Below are positions 19,005 through 29,247 of a stretch of DNA of 64,000 nt, piece by piece. The translations under genes were made by a program, and so were the position numbers. Origin of the DNA: an uncultured Planctomycetia bacterium (lineage in GTDB: Bacteria > Omnitrophota > Gorgyraeia > Duberdicusellales > 4484-171); NCBI GenBank assembly GCA_964489445.1, contig CAZAYU010000005.1, positions 4,799-68,798 on the forward strand, read 5' to 3'. Positions within the stretch are counted from its first letter, which is position 1, and every line of letters begins with the position of its first letter. The notes under the pieces were generated by a model, which was not told the DNA's origin, did no database searches, and saw only the letters and a list, made by a program, of their open reading frames with translations.

Positions 19005-19616
19005 CTATTTAGATATTTCACTAGTTAACTCAACACAATCAAAATAATAAACACCTTTTCCCGGAAGCCGAGGCTCAAATTGAAAGCTCAACAGAGGAAA
19101 TTCTAACACTTCATCATTAACTGCTGCCTCCGGCTGCCAATCGTTGCGCGGGAAAAAAAGAGTAAACGGACAAATAATTCTTTTCCATCCTTCAAAATCA
19201 TCATCAAGCAAAAAACGCCATAGCTCTCCTTGATTATCCTTAATATCAAAAGCGATAACACCCCCTGAATTGCTACCATACATCTCCAAGGCAATACTGT
19301 TATATCTTTTCCAGTTGATCTCCTCTGGATTAACTAGCCAAGCAGCAGCACCGGGAATGTCAAGCCCATAACCTCTAGCTACCCACATATATCCTGATGG
19401 TTTAAGGTTGTAATCTAACTTCAAGGATTGGTTTCCACAGAATTTTATAGTACCATCGGCTTTAACTACTAACGATGATCCTCCTCCGGACCCAAAATCA
19501 ACTGTTTCTGGGCTTATTTCCTGTTCAAAACTATCTATCAATAACACTCGAGGAGAGTTACTACATCCGCAAGAGAAAAAAAGACATATCACAATACACA
19601 AATAAGTTCTATTCAT
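19005..19616 (-). CDS. Lipoprotein with a carbohydrate-binding (CBM11/CIA30-like) domain
   Basis: Lipobox-like SCGC, LIDSFE, SLKLDY, DDFEGWK...PF..F, YYFD.VEL. Confidence 0.7.
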   Translation of the reverse strand: MNRTYLCIVICLFFSCGCSNSPRVLLIDSFEQEISPETVDFGSGGGSSLVVKADGTIKFCGNQSLKLDYNLKPSGYMWVARGYGLDIPGAAAWLVNPEEINWKRYNSIALEMYGSNSGGVIAFDIKDNQGELWRFLLDDDFEGWKRIICPFTLFFPRNDWQPEAAVNDEVLEFPLLSFQFEPRLPGKGVYYFDCVELTSEISK

Positions 19617-19728
19617 TTTACTCCTTTTTTTTAAACTTCTTAATGCTTGCCATTACTATACATTCTGGATGATTCAGAAAACATGGAAATAGCATAATAT
19701 CATAAGAGAATCTTTCGGTCAAACAGAC

Positions 19729-20790
19729 TCAATTGGGCTTACAAACAGATGTAACATCCTTCCGAGCAATTATTCCCCCACCCAATAAAAAGTCGCCCAC
19801 ATAAAATGCAGCAATTTGTCCTGGAGTTACCGCCTCTACCATCTTATCTAAAAATACTGCGGTCTGTAGCCCTTCTGCCTTAATCTTGCAGTTGTAAGTT
19901 GAGGAATTATAACGTAACCGCACAGTAATATGATTTGCCTCTGCCGGATCAAAAAACCAGTTAACGGAATTTACTATGAAACTATCAGTATAAAGAAATT
20001 CTCTTTCTCCAACAATAATGACCTTATTTCTTGGGTTAATATCAACAACATAAAGTGGCTTTGGCCAAGAAATTCCTAATCCGGCTCTTTGACCATACGT
20101 GTACCGATAAATTCCCATATGCCTTCCAATTTTCTTCCCGCTAACGTGCAGAATGTCTCCCGTATATTGATAGCTATCTATTACGTTTGCTTCAATAAAT
20201 TCCGAATAACAAGAATTTTTGACAAAGCAAACATCCTGACTTTCTTTTTGGAAACTGCGAAATATTTTCTGTTCAATGCCCATTGTCTTAACTTCCTGCT
20301 TGGTTAATTCGCCCAAAGGAAACACGACATTATTAAACACTTTTTGAGGAACTAGAGCAAAAAAGTATTCTTGTGATTTTTTTTTATCTTTAGCCTGACG
20401 AATAAGAATACTACTATTTTTTTTAACTAACCGAGCATAATGTCCAGTAGCTAGACAATCAATGCCCATCGCTTTTACTTTATCTAACAAAAATCCAAAT
20501 TTTATTCGAAGATTACAGAAAGTACAAGGGTTAGGTGTAAGTCCCTCAAGGTAAGATTTAATGAAATAGTTGACGACCTGCTTTTTAAACAAATCCTGGA
20601 TATCGAGAGTATGGTGATTGATCTTTAAAAAATCACAAATTCTTTTCGCTTGAATTACTCCCTGGTCATTACACCCTGAATACAATTTAAGTGTAAAGCC
20701 AGTAACCTGCCAGCCTTTCTTTTTTAAAATATATGCGGCCAATCCTGAGTCTGCGCCCCCGCTTAATGCCAACGCGATTTTTTTCTTCAT
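19729..20790 (-). CDS. mnmA: tRNA 2-thiouridylase MnmA
   Basis: ALSGGADS, TPNPCTFCN, ATGHYAR, KESQDVCF, YTYGQRAGL, PGQIA. Confidence 0.96.
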   Translation of the reverse strand: MKKKIALALSGGADSGLAAYILKKKGWQVTGFTLKLYSGCNDQGVIQAKRICDFLKINHHTLDIQDLFKKQVVNYFIKSYLEGLTPNPCTFCNLRIKFGFLLDKVKAMGIDCLATGHYARLVKKNSSILIRQAKDKKKSQEYFFALVPQKVFNNVVFPLGELTKQEVKTMGIEQKIFRSFQKESQDVCFVKNSCYSEFIEANVIDSYQYTGDILHVSGKKIGRHMGIYRYTYGQRAGLGISWPKPLYVVDINPRNKVIIVGEREFLYTDSFIVNSVNWFFDPAEANHITVRLRYNSSTYNCKIKAEGLQTAVFLDKMVEAVTPGQIAAFYVGDFLLGGGIIARKDVTSVCKPN

Positions 20791-20842
20791 TTATGAACGT
20801 AAAAAACGATGAAATCGATTTATTTTTTTAAAAAAATCCAAA

Positions 20843-21760
20843 CTAAACATATTTAACCATACGCTCTAAGGCAATCTTCGCTTTTTTACTTACTTCAAGG
20901 TCTACTTCTATTTGGTGAATATCCTTATCTAGCGAATCGTAAAGACTTTCTAACGTAATCTTTTTCATATCCTGGCAAATTTTAGGAAAACCTATGGAGT
21001 AAAACTTCTTCTGAGGATTTTCTTTTTCTAGACGATATATCATCCCTTCTTCCGTTCCCACAATAAACTCTTTAATGTCAGAATCATGAGCGATGTTCAA
21101 CATTCCAGCAGTAGAACAGACATAGTCAGAAACATTTAGCACCTCCATTCTGCACTCAGGATGCACCATTACTTTTGCATGCGAGTATTTTTGTTTCGTT
21201 TGGATTAAATCATCCAGTGAAAAAATATCGTGTACAGGACAAAACCCTGGCCAACGGATTATTTTTTTCTCCGGAACATTACTCTCTACCCAACTAGCTA
21301 AATTGCGATCCGGAACAAAAATTATTTCCTCTTTCGGCGCTTTACGAACCACACTAACAGCATTGCTAGAAGTGCAGCAAACATCGCTCAACGCCTTTAC
21401 ACTTGCAGATGTGTTTACATAGCTAACCACCCAGGAGTCAGGGTATTTTTCCTTTAGCTTAACAAGATCGTCAGGCTCTGCCATGTCAGCTAATGGACAT
21501 CCAGCATCAATTACCGGCAAAATAATTTTTTTATTCGGGGAAAGAATTTTAGCAGTTTCAGCCATAAACTTTACCCCGCAAATAACTATAGTCTCCGCAT
21601 CTAATTCTCTGGATATTTTAGCCAGTTCTAAGGAATCACCCTTGTAGTCCGCTAACTCCTGAACCTCCGGAATCTGGTAATTATGAGCAAGGAATACTGC
21701 TTTGCGTTTTTTCTTTAGATTGATAATGTCTTGGGTTAAATTTATTTTTTCTGTGTTCAT
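20843..21760 (-). CDS. nadA: Quinolinate synthase NadA
   Basis: LAHNYQ, GDSLEL, CGVKFMAETAK, AGCPLA, YVNTSA, CTSSNA, HPEC. Start moved to ATG 21760 to avoid overlap with the upstream gene. Confidence 0.96.
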   Translation of the reverse strand: MNTEKINLTQDIINLKKKRKAVFLAHNYQIPEVQELADYKGDSLELAKISRELDAETIVICGVKFMAETAKILSPNKKIILPVIDAGCPLADMAEPDDLVKLKEKYPDSWVVSYVNTSASVKALSDVCCTSSNAVSVVRKAPKEEIIFVPDRNLASWVESNVPEKKIIRWPGFCPVHDIFSLDDLIQTKQKYSHAKVMVHPECRMEVLNVSDYVCSTAGMLNIAHDSDIKEFIVGTEEGMIYRLEKENPQKKFYSIGFPKICQDMKKITLESLYDSLDKDIHQIEVDLEVSKKAKIALERMVKYV

Positions 21761-21773
21761 TGTGCCCTTTTGT

Positions 21774-23024
21774 TTATGATGGTTGTAGTTCTTTTTCTTT
21801 CCAAACAAATACTTTATCATTTCGCCGAGCAACAAACGGTAGTTTGACTCCTCCTGTATTGCCTCGCTCTAGACTATCAACAAATTTATGTTCTATCTGC
21901 AAATCACTGACAACAGCAAAAGAAGCCGGAGTATTTTTTCCCACACATAAAACTTGATCTCCCTTCTTAAGCCCTCTATTTCTCACTTTAACCTCAGCAA
22001 CATTTATCTTCTTGTAAAACTTCACGACTTCACCGATATATATTTTCTCGTATTCACTTTCTAACCGCCGGCTGATTGCCTTTGTTGGCTTACCTAAAAA
22101 AAACCCGCTGGAAAATCCCCGGTTATACACTGCCTTTAGCCTAGACTTCAATTCTTTTTTCAGTTGGCCATTAAGTGTGCCTTTAAAATAAGCATCAATC
22201 GCATTCCGATACACAGAAGTTACCACTTTTACATATTCCGGAGAACGAATTCTTCCTTCAATTTTAAAAGAAGTTATTTTTGCCTCTATTAGCTTATCAA
22301 TAAAATCAATAGTACATAAATCTTTAGGACTCAAAATATAATCTTCACCCATTATGTATTGGCACTCATCCTCTTTGTCGGAGATAAAGTATTCTCGCCG
22401 ACACGGTTGTAAACACTCACCACGATTGGCTGATTTTGAAAACGAATATTCAGACAAAAAACACCTTCCCGAAATACTTATACACATTGCCCCGTGGATA
22501 AACGTTTCTATCTGACAGCTAGTTCCATCTCTTTCCATCTCTTGAATTAAGGTCTTGATATCGCCAAGACAACACTCCCTTGCTAAAACCACACGTTTTG
22601 CACCTAAGGCTGAGTAGTGTCTTAGCGCTTCAATATTTGCAGTGCTAGCTTGTGTAGAAAGATGAATTTTTAACCCCAGCTCTTTAGCTAGAGAAAAAAC
22701 ACCCATATCCCATAAAATTACTGCGTCCACACCAGCGCATTTAGCTTCATTTAGAATAGTTTTAATCTTTTCTATTTCGTGATTGTAAACAATTACGTTT
22801 AGAGCTAAATAACCCTTTTTCTGATGTTTGTGTAGTGTCTGAATTATTTTTTTTAACTCTAAAATATCAAAATTGACCGCAAAGTTACGCATGCTCAGCC
22901 CTTTCAACCCAAAATAAACACCATCGGCCCCTGCACTTATCGCGCTATGCAATGAGTCCCAATCTCCCGCCGGAGCAATTAACTCTGGTTTTTCCAAGTG
23001 TTGAATATTATTTTCACTAAACAT
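21774..23024 (-). CDS. U32 peptidase family protein (RNA hydroxylation, TrhP/RlhA-like)
   Basis: PELIAPAG, HLSTQA, RVVLARE, HGAMC.SISGRC, NRGECLQPCR, KIEGR. Confidence 0.93.
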   Translation of the reverse strand: MFSENNIQHLEKPELIAPAGDWDSLHSAISAGADGVYFGLKGLSMRNFAVNFDILELKKIIQTLHKHQKKGYLALNVIVYNHEIEKIKTILNEAKCAGVDAVILWDMGVFSLAKELGLKIHLSTQASTANIEALRHYSALGAKRVVLARECCLGDIKTLIQEMERDGTSCQIETFIHGAMCISISGRCFLSEYSFSKSANRGECLQPCRREYFISDKEDECQYIMGEDYILSPKDLCTIDFIDKLIEAKITSFKIEGRIRSPEYVKVVTSVYRNAIDAYFKGTLNGQLKKELKSRLKAVYNRGFSSGFFLGKPTKAISRRLESEYEKIYIGEVVKFYKKINVAEVKVRNRGLKKGDQVLCVGKNTPASFAVVSDLQIEHKFVDSLERGNTGGVKLPFVARRNDKVFVWKEKELQPS

Positions 23025-23042
23025 TAAATAATCGGTTGATTG

Positions 23043-23510
23043 CTAGGATACTTTCTTGATTTCATAGCGTAATGTTCCCGCTGGTACGCTTATCTTGATG
23101 ATATCTTTTTCTTGATGGCCCAATAATGATTTACCTACCGGAGACACCACAGAGATAAGCCCTTTTAAGGCATCTGCCTCATCTTGGCCTACTAATGTGT
23201 ACTCTATTTCATCTTCCGTGTCCAAATCTACCAAAGTTACCTTGGCGCCAATATATGCTTTTCCTTGCTCTGTTTTTACATTTTCAATAATCTCTACCCG
23301 ACTCAATTTATCTTCAAGCTCTCTTATTTTTTTTTCGTTGTACGACATCGCTTCTTTTGCTGCATGATATTCAGCATTCTCCTTCAAATCTCCCAGAGCA
23401 CGAGCACACTCAATAGCTGAAGATATCTCTCTACGCTTTACATTTCTTAGCTGTTCAAGCTCTAGCGTTAAACGCTCATACCCTTTTTGAGTTAAATACA
23501 CCCTATCCAT
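23043..23510 (-). CDS. greA: Transcription elongation factor GreA
   Basis: LTQKGYERL, GDLKENAEYHAAK, IS..SPVGKSLLG; GGAGG RBS before ATG 23510. Confidence 0.96.
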   Translation of the reverse strand: MDRVYLTQKGYERLTLELEQLRNVKRREISSAIECARALGDLKENAEYHAAKEAMSYNEKKIRELEDKLSRVEIIENVKTEQGKAYIGAKVTLVDLDTEDEIEYTLVGQDEADALKGLISVVSPVGKSLLGHQEKDIIKISVPAGTLRYEIKKVS

Positions 23511-23547
23511 GTTACCTCCCACTATTTAAATATTTTTTAGAATTACA

Positions 23548-25065
23548 TTACACAACAAAAAGCGACTTCGTAGAGAAACTGGGATCACTGGTAAGATTTA
23601 CCCCTAATTGCCGTAAACCAGACTCATCTCCTGGTGTAGGAATATGGGTCGTGTGCACTTCACATCCTCCCAACTCCTTTAGCTTGTCTAATGCCAACTG
23701 AGCAGTTGGATTAGTGGTTGCACTAATGCTTAAGGCAATCAATGCTTCTTCAAGATTTAAGCTTATTGTTTTAACTCCGGAAAGGCTAGTTTTTAATTTT
23801 CCTATTGAATCAATAATTACCGGCGACAACAAATGAATTTTATCGGGAATTCCCGCTAATTTTTTTATAGCGTTAAGGATTAAGCTAGATATGGCATGCA
23901 TTAGCTTTGAATTTTTTCCGGTAATAACTGTTCCATCCTCTAGCATAATTGCTGCCCCGCAAAATACTCCTTGATTGCCTTTATTCTGTTCTTTGGCCTC
24001 TCTTTGAGCTTTTCTTGCTGGTTCAACAACACCTCTACCCTCTAGATGAAGACCGAGCTCTTCCATAAGTAATTTTGCCCGATCCACCGTATCCTTATCT
24101 GTTAATCCCATCAAATATTCGCATTGATAGCGAAAGCACCTTCGGATAACTTCCTGTTTAGCTTCCTCTCTGACTTTTTCATCGTCAACTATGCCAAAAC
24201 CAGCTCGATTAACACCCATGTCTGTAGGCGATTTATATATTGATTCTGCCTGGGTTATTTTCTCTAATATCCTCTTAAGAACCGGAAATATTTCAACATC
24301 ACGATTATAGTTGATTGTTGCTTTCTGGTATGCTTCCAGATGAAATGGATCGATGAGGTTAAAATCTTTAATGTCCGCAGTTGCTGCTTCGTAAGCCACA
24401 TTTACCGGATGTTTAAGCGGTATACTCCAAATCGGAAATGTCTCAAACTTAGCATACCCACTTTTTTGTCCATTAATGTAATCATGGTACATTTGGGAAA
24501 GACAAGTTGCTAATTTTCCACTTCCCGGGCCAGGACCGGTAACAATAACTAATGGTTTATCAGTTTTTATGTACTTATTCGCACCATACCCTTCTTTACT
24601 GACAATTGTGTCTATGTCTGTAGGGTAGCCTTTGGTAAAATGATGGGTATAAACTAGCACATTGCGACGTTCCAGCTTATTCTTAAAAATTATTGCTGCC
24701 GGCTGGTTTTCAAATCGCGTTATTACAACTGCTCGAACATCAATCCCCCACCCTCTTAAATCATCAATTAATTTTAAGGCATCTACATCATAGGTAATTC
24801 CAAAGTCAGCACGCACTTTTCTTCGTTCAATGTCTCCAGCATAAATACATAGAATTATATCTGCCCGGTCTTTTAGATGCTGAAGAAGGCGCATTTTTAC
24901 ATTCGGATCAAAGCCTGGTAACACCCTTGATGCATGATAATCAAAGAGCAGTTTTCCGCCAAATTCTAAGTATAATTTATTGTTAAATTTTCCTACTCGC
25001 TCTAATATCGCTTGAGTTTGTTCTTTTAGATATTTTTCATTATCAAAGCCTGTTTTTTTTGACAT
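23548..25065 (-). CDS. DUF1846 (UPF0371) protein, P-loop
   Basis: [57 protein letters not shown]. Confidence 0.93.
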   Translation of the reverse strand: MSKKTGFDNEKYLKEQTQAILERVGKFNNKLYLEFGGKLLFDYHASRVLPGFDPNVKMRLLQHLKDRADIILCIYAGDIERRKVRADFGITYDVDALKLIDDLRGWGIDVRAVVITRFENQPAAIIFKNKLERRNVLVYTHHFTKGYPTDIDTIVSKEGYGANKYIKTDKPLVIVTGPGPGSGKLATCLSQMYHDYINGQKSGYAKFETFPIWSIPLKHPVNVAYEAATADIKDFNLIDPFHLEAYQKATINYNRDVEIFPVLKRILEKITQAESIYKSPTDMGVNRAGFGIVDDEKVREEAKQEVIRRCFRYQCEYLMGLTDKDTVDRAKLLMEELGLHLEGRGVVEPARKAQREAKEQNKGNQGVFCGAAIMLEDGTVITGKNSKLMHAISSLILNAIKKLAGIPDKIHLLSPVIIDSIGKLKTSLSGVKTISLNLEEALIALSISATTNPTAQLALDKLKELGGCEVHTTHIPTPGDESGLRQLGVNLTSDPSFSTKSLFVV

Positions 25066-25109
25066 GTTAACCTCGCTATCTATTTTCTTGCCATAAGTAA
25101 TATTAGCTG

Positions 25110-25814
25110 CTACTTTCGTATTTCACTAGAGAGAATAATTGCTTCAGCAATCTCTTTCATCGGCACCCGTTTATCCATACTAGAGCGTCGTATTAATCTA
25201 TATGCCTCATCTTCAGTGGTCTTTTGCTCTTTCATTAATATTCCTTTGGCCTTTTCAATTTTTTTTCTTGCCTCTAGTTCCTCCTGAATTACCCGGGTTT
25301 TTACTATTAATTCAGTATTTTCGATTGCTACGGCTGCCTGATTAGCCACAGTGCTTAACAGGTCTACGTCACCACTTGTAAAATTGTAAGACTCGGTAGT
25401 ATAACAATTAATTACTCCAATCACTTTTTTTCTAACCATCATTGGCACACTCAACATCGAGGACAAATTTTCTTTTTTTGCTAATTTTTTTTCTTGATAC
25501 CGGCTATCGCTTAAAACATCATCAATGATTATATATTTCTTTTCCTTAGCAACTAACCCAACTATCCCCTCTCCAAGCTTAATACTTCGCTCCTTTAAGT
25601 ATTCACTACTCATTGCCTGAGTAGCTCTTATTTTTAATTCTTTTTTATTAACATCAAGAAGCCATAAGGCGCAGATTTTTGCCTTCATGACATTTGCGGT
25701 AAGCGTGACTATTAGCCTCAGGACATCTTCTAGGTATAGTTCACTAGTTATTGCCTTGCTAATTTTACTTAAAGCACCAATATATGCTTTATACGAAGAC
25801 CTTTTCACAGCCAT
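25110..25814 (-). CDS. GAF + ANTAR domain RNA-binding antiterminator
   Basis: GAF ([25 protein letters not shown]) followed by ANTAR ([12 protein letters not shown]...[22 protein letters not shown]). Confidence 0.95.
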   Translation of the reverse strand: MAVKRSSYKAYIGALSKISKAITSELYLEDVLRLIVTLTANVMKAKICALWLLDVNKKELKIRATQAMSSEYLKERSIKLGEGIVGLVAKEKKYIIIDDVLSDSRYQEKKLAKKENLSSMLSVPMMVRKKVIGVINCYTTESYNFTSGDVDLLSTVANQAAVAIENTELIVKTRVIQEELEARKKIEKAKGILMKEQKTTEDEAYRLIRRSSMDKRVPMKEIAEAIILSSEIRK

Positions 25815-25827
25815 AAAATAAAAGTGG

Positions 25828-27147
25828 TTAGAGTATTGCTAAATATTTATCTAACTCGTATTTAGTTATCTGCCTCTTATATTCATTCCATTCGGCTTTT
25901 TTATTGCGGATAAAAAACTCAAAAACTTTATTTCCTAAAGCCTTGCGAACCAAACTACTTTTTTCGGTTAGCTTAATAGCTTCCAGCAAATCATCAGGTA
26001 ATGAATCAATACCTGCCTTCTTTCTTTGCTGCTCACTCATCTTGTAAATATTATCAGTTACTTCTGTCGCCAAAGAATATTTATGTTTGATACCTTCTAA
26101 CCCGGCAGCTAACATTACTGAAAAAGCTAAATAAGGATTACACGCCGGATCAGGATTGCGCAGCTCAATTCTTGTTGAATTCTCTTTTCCAGGTTTATAT
26201 CCCGGAACGCGCACAAGGGCTGAACGATTTTTATGTGCCCATGAAATATACACCGGAGCTTCATAACCGGGAACAAGCCGCTTGTAGGAATTAACCCATT
26301 GACAACACACCGAACACATTTCCCGAGCATGTTTTAAAATTCCCGCCATAAAGTATTTGGCAGTTTTTGATAAATGATACTTATCCCGAGCATCAAAAAA
26401 AGAATTCTTCCCTCCGCGAAACAAAGACATATGTACGTGCATCCCACTTCCGTTTATTCCATATACCGGCTTTGGCATAAACGTCGCATAAAGATTATTT
26501 TGCATAGCCACTTCCTTAACTACCATCCGGTAGGTCATAACATTGTCCGCCATAGTCATTGCTTCCTTATATCGTAAATCTATTTCATGTTGGGAGGCAG
26601 CTACCTCATGATGCCAATATTCAACTTGGATACCCATCTTTTCCAACATAATTACTGTCTGCCGGCGCAAATCTTGCCCAATGTCCATGGGCGTTAAGTC
26701 AAAATAACCTCCCCGGTCTAAAATTTCCGTACCACCTTTATTGCGAAAATAAAAATATTCAGGCTCCGGGCCGATGTTAAATGTATAACCCATTTTTTTT
26801 GCTTCTTGCAGATTTCGTTTTAAAACGTAGCGAGGATCACCTTGAAAAGGCTTACCATTAGTATCTAACACCTCGCAAAACATTCTTGCTACAGGTTTGT
26901 CTTCTTTGATCCAAGGTATAATTTGAAAAGTATCAAGGATTGGTTTAACTATCATGTCGGACTCTTCAATGCGTGCAAAACCTTCCACTGAAGAACCATC
27001 AAAACCCATTCCGTCTTTTAAAGCTCCTTTTAATTCTCCAGCAGGAATGTCAAAACTTTTCAAAAATCCTAGAACATCAGTAAACCAAAGCCTAACAAAC
27101 CCTATTTTTTTACTGTTAATTATTTTCAATGCTTCTGTTTTTTTCAT
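25828..27147 (-). CDS. glnA: Glutamine synthetase type I
   Basis: FDGSS, GPEPEY, HHEVA..QHEI, TFMPKP, NGSGMH, NSYKRLVPGYEAP, RIELR.PD. Confidence 0.97.
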   Translation of the reverse strand: MKKTEALKIINSKKIGFVRLWFTDVLGFLKSFDIPAGELKGALKDGMGFDGSSVEGFARIEESDMIVKPILDTFQIIPWIKEDKPVARMFCEVLDTNGKPFQGDPRYVLKRNLQEAKKMGYTFNIGPEPEYFYFRNKGGTEILDRGGYFDLTPMDIGQDLRRQTVIMLEKMGIQVEYWHHEVAASQHEIDLRYKEAMTMADNVMTYRMVVKEVAMQNNLYATFMPKPVYGINGSGMHVHMSLFRGGKNSFFDARDKYHLSKTAKYFMAGILKHAREMCSVCCQWVNSYKRLVPGYEAPVYISWAHKNRSALVRVPGYKPGKENSTRIELRNPDPACNPYLAFSVMLAAGLEGIKHKYSLATEVTDNIYKMSEQQRKKAGIDSLPDDLLEAIKLTEKSSLVRKALGNKVFEFFIRNKKAEWNEYKRQITKYELDKYLAIL

Positions 27148-27365
27148 GTTACTCCTTTCTTGGATATACTGATCTTGGATATCTAAAATTACTAAAGTAG
27201 TATTTTAGCAGGGTCTTTTGTTAAATCAACAAAAACATTAAACTAGTTTTTTGACCTTATTTACACTATGATACTTGTTTTCTACAGAAAATACATCTGG
27301 CCATATATATCATATTGTGCGTTATGTAGATACGAAATATTTGTGGCTAGTAAAATAATAGAAGA

Positions 27366-27986
27366 TTACTGAAAGAAATTGTCAGACAGGTTAGATAACT
27401 TTCCGCTGTTCTTTTTATGAGAGCTTAAGGAAAAAACTCTCTTGTACCCGTACACACTAAAAAGATGCTTCTGCAACTCAGACAGCGATCTGGCTTTAGT
27501 CTTTTTTAATACAGAATTATCAATCCAACAGTACATATCTCTATCTTTGAATATACAAATAGCATGACCGCCATTTGCACCCTGCATAGCAATAATCTCT
27601 GGCTTGTAGCCAAACACGCGAAGCACAGCTTCGTTTAAGAATGCATAATCTTCGCAATCTCCCTGTTTTCGTATTAAGGTTTCCTCGGGAGATAACCACT
27701 CATCGCCATTTTTATCTTTAAAGTAATCAATATTATCAGCAACCCACTTCATGTAATCATTTAAGGAGTGAATATTGTTATTACTTAGTAAGTCCATTAT
27801 TTTCTTATCTATCGGCACAGGACGGCAAACATACACCCCATTATTCTGAAATGTTTCTTGACGAATAACAAATCGTCGGGGTAAATTCTCTAAAGAATAG
27901 CTATCCGGAGATGCCCAACAACTGCTTGAGATTGTCATTCCCCCAAGAAACGCTACAATTACAAGAATTTTTTTCATACTATGCAT
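27366..27986 (-). CDS. Exported transglutaminase-like cysteine peptidase
   Basis: Signal peptide; W.SPEETL...GDCEDYA, GHA, WIDN (Cys-His-Asp triad). Confidence 0.8.
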   Translation of the reverse strand: MHSMKKILVIVAFLGGMTISSSCWASPDSYSLENLPRRFVIRQETFQNNGVYVCRPVPIDKKIMDLLSNNNIHSLNDYMKWVADNIDYFKDKNGDEWLSPEETLIRKQGDCEDYAFLNEAVLRVFGYKPEIIAMQGANGGHAICIFKDRDMYCWIDNSVLKKTKARSLSELQKHLFSVYGYKRVFSLSSHKKNSGKLSNLSDNFFQ

Positions 27987-27992
27987 ACCTAT

Positions 27993-28115
27993 AAAAAAAG
28001 CCGAGTTAACCTATTTCTGGTAACTCGGCTATCCTTTAAACCTAATAAATGTTAGCTTAAATCGGATCCGTAGCTTTGCGTCCTCATGTTACCATGAGTT
28101 TGCCTTTTTCGAATA
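27993..28115 (-). ncRNA. c-di-GMP-I (GEMM) riboswitch, gene-proximal, with intrinsic terminator
   Basis: Minus strand: CGAAAAAGGCAAACTCATG-GTAA-CATGAGGACGCAAAGCTACGGATCC...GGATAGCCGAGTTACC. Terminator AGCCGAGTTACC...GTTAACTCGGCT followed by a U-run overlaps the aptamer 3' strand. Confidence 0.9.
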
Positions 28116-28159
28116 TATATCTTTTGTCAGAATTATCCCTGACCAAATTAATTTTTAAA

Positions 28160-28360
28160 TAAAAAAGCCGAGCCACCAATCATTGGTAGCTCGGCTATCC
28201 TTGTCCATAATTAGCCTGATTGTCTTTAAGAGGCAACCCGGCTATCCTGTACTAATAAAAACGCCTAATTGCCTCCGATAACAACCGGCTATCCTTAATA
28301 GTTAAGGATCCGTAGCTTTGCGTCCTCATGTTGCCATGAGTTTGCCTTTTTCGGATAATT
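28160..28360 (-). ncRNA. c-di-GMP-I (GEMM) riboswitch, promoter-proximal, with triplicated 3' module
   Basis: Minus strand: CCGAAAAAGGCAAACTCATG-GCAA-CATGAGGACGCAAAGCTACGGATCC, then three GGATAGCCG-led hairpins. The last is a clear terminator AGCCGAGCTACCAAT/ATTGGTGGCTCGGCT plus U-run. Confidence 0.85.
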
Positions 28361-28527
28361 CTTAATTTTCCAACCATATAAATATAACATATTTTACCAA
28401 TATTTCCCAATAACCAAGGTAATTAATTGACATCTTTCGAAAAATAACTAATAATAGAAAGCAAAAATACCAACAAACTATGATTTTATTTTTTCATGGT
28501 TCTTCGTTAAATCCTCTGGCCAAAAAA

Positions 28528-28905
28528 CTAACCTCTAAGGATCTTTCTACCACTTCTGCTTTTTGATAAATAATCAACGAGATCTTCAGGGACAGAGAGC
28601 ATAACATCATAAAACTTGCCGAAGCGTTCGCAACCAGGAGGATTGTGCTGGCGACACTTTAGCGGACGGTCAGAATAGATATCACACTTATCCTTACTAT
28701 TCAGATACATACATCGTCCTTCTACCAGCTGATACCAACGGCGATTGCGGATATAAACCTGAACAGTATCAAAATGAAGCTGCCACTTAAGATCCTCCAC
28801 CTCTGCCTGATTCTCGGGTTTACCGATATCCATAGCTAGATTGCGGCAGCATATCGCTGGGCAATCTTTACAGCTGTATTTTGTTTTTTCTTTTGCCTTT
28901 TTCAT
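28528..28905 (-). CDS. YkgJ-family CxxCxxCC cysteine-cluster protein
   Basis: CKDCPAICC, C.YL....CDIYSDRP.KCR. Confidence 0.88.
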   Translation of the reverse strand: MKKAKEKTKYSCKDCPAICCRNLAMDIGKPENQAEVEDLKWQLHFDTVQVYIRNRRWYQLVEGRCMYLNSKDKCDIYSDRPLKCRQHNPPGCERFGKFYDVMLSVPEDLVDYLSKSRSGRKILRG

Positions 28906-29041
28906 AATTAATTATTAATATTCCTTAAATATTAATAATAAACAAATATTTAGATAAATAAGATGATTAAAGTAATGCGAAAATATTTCAAACAGGAAAA
29001 TACAATCTTTAAAGGATTACCGTGGATTATTATGGTCCAAT

Positions 29042-29239
29042 TTAAGTTTTATTCTCTAGGACTACACCATTAAGGCAATCTAACGATGCATACTGTCTAC
29101 CTATTGCGCTCCTGACATCCCAGCGCCCCTTAGACAGGGTAAGCATTGCAAAATCTTTCAACAAAGATCCAAATCTACTTGCATTATCTTCCTGTTGATA
29201 ATAACTTATTGCTTCACTTAGGGTTGAAGTATTACTCAT
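29042..29239 (-). CDS. Short hypothetical ORF or gene fragment
   Basis: 65 aa, starts 8 bp after the eda stop; no clear SD or motif. Confidence 0.35.
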   Translation of the reverse strand: MSNTSTLSEAISYYQQEDNASRFGSLLKDFAMLTLSKGRWDVRSAIGRQYASLDCLNGVVLENKT

Positions 29240-29247
29240 TTGTATTT

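Noticed and set aside
21761-21835. N-terminal extension of NadA from the ORF track
   Set aside because: It overlaps the U32 gene end; ATG 21760 has an SD-like AAAAGGG and gives a normal length.
28190-28296. 47-nt periodic repeat as a mini CRISPR array
   Set aside because: The conserved unit is only about 10 nt and equals the riboswitch P3 strand. The 'spacers' are related hairpins, and there are no cas genes in the window.
27993-28360. cGAMP-sensing GEMM-Ib variant
   Set aside because: Both aptamers have G at the position-20 equivalent (AAGGCAAAC), not the diagnostic A.
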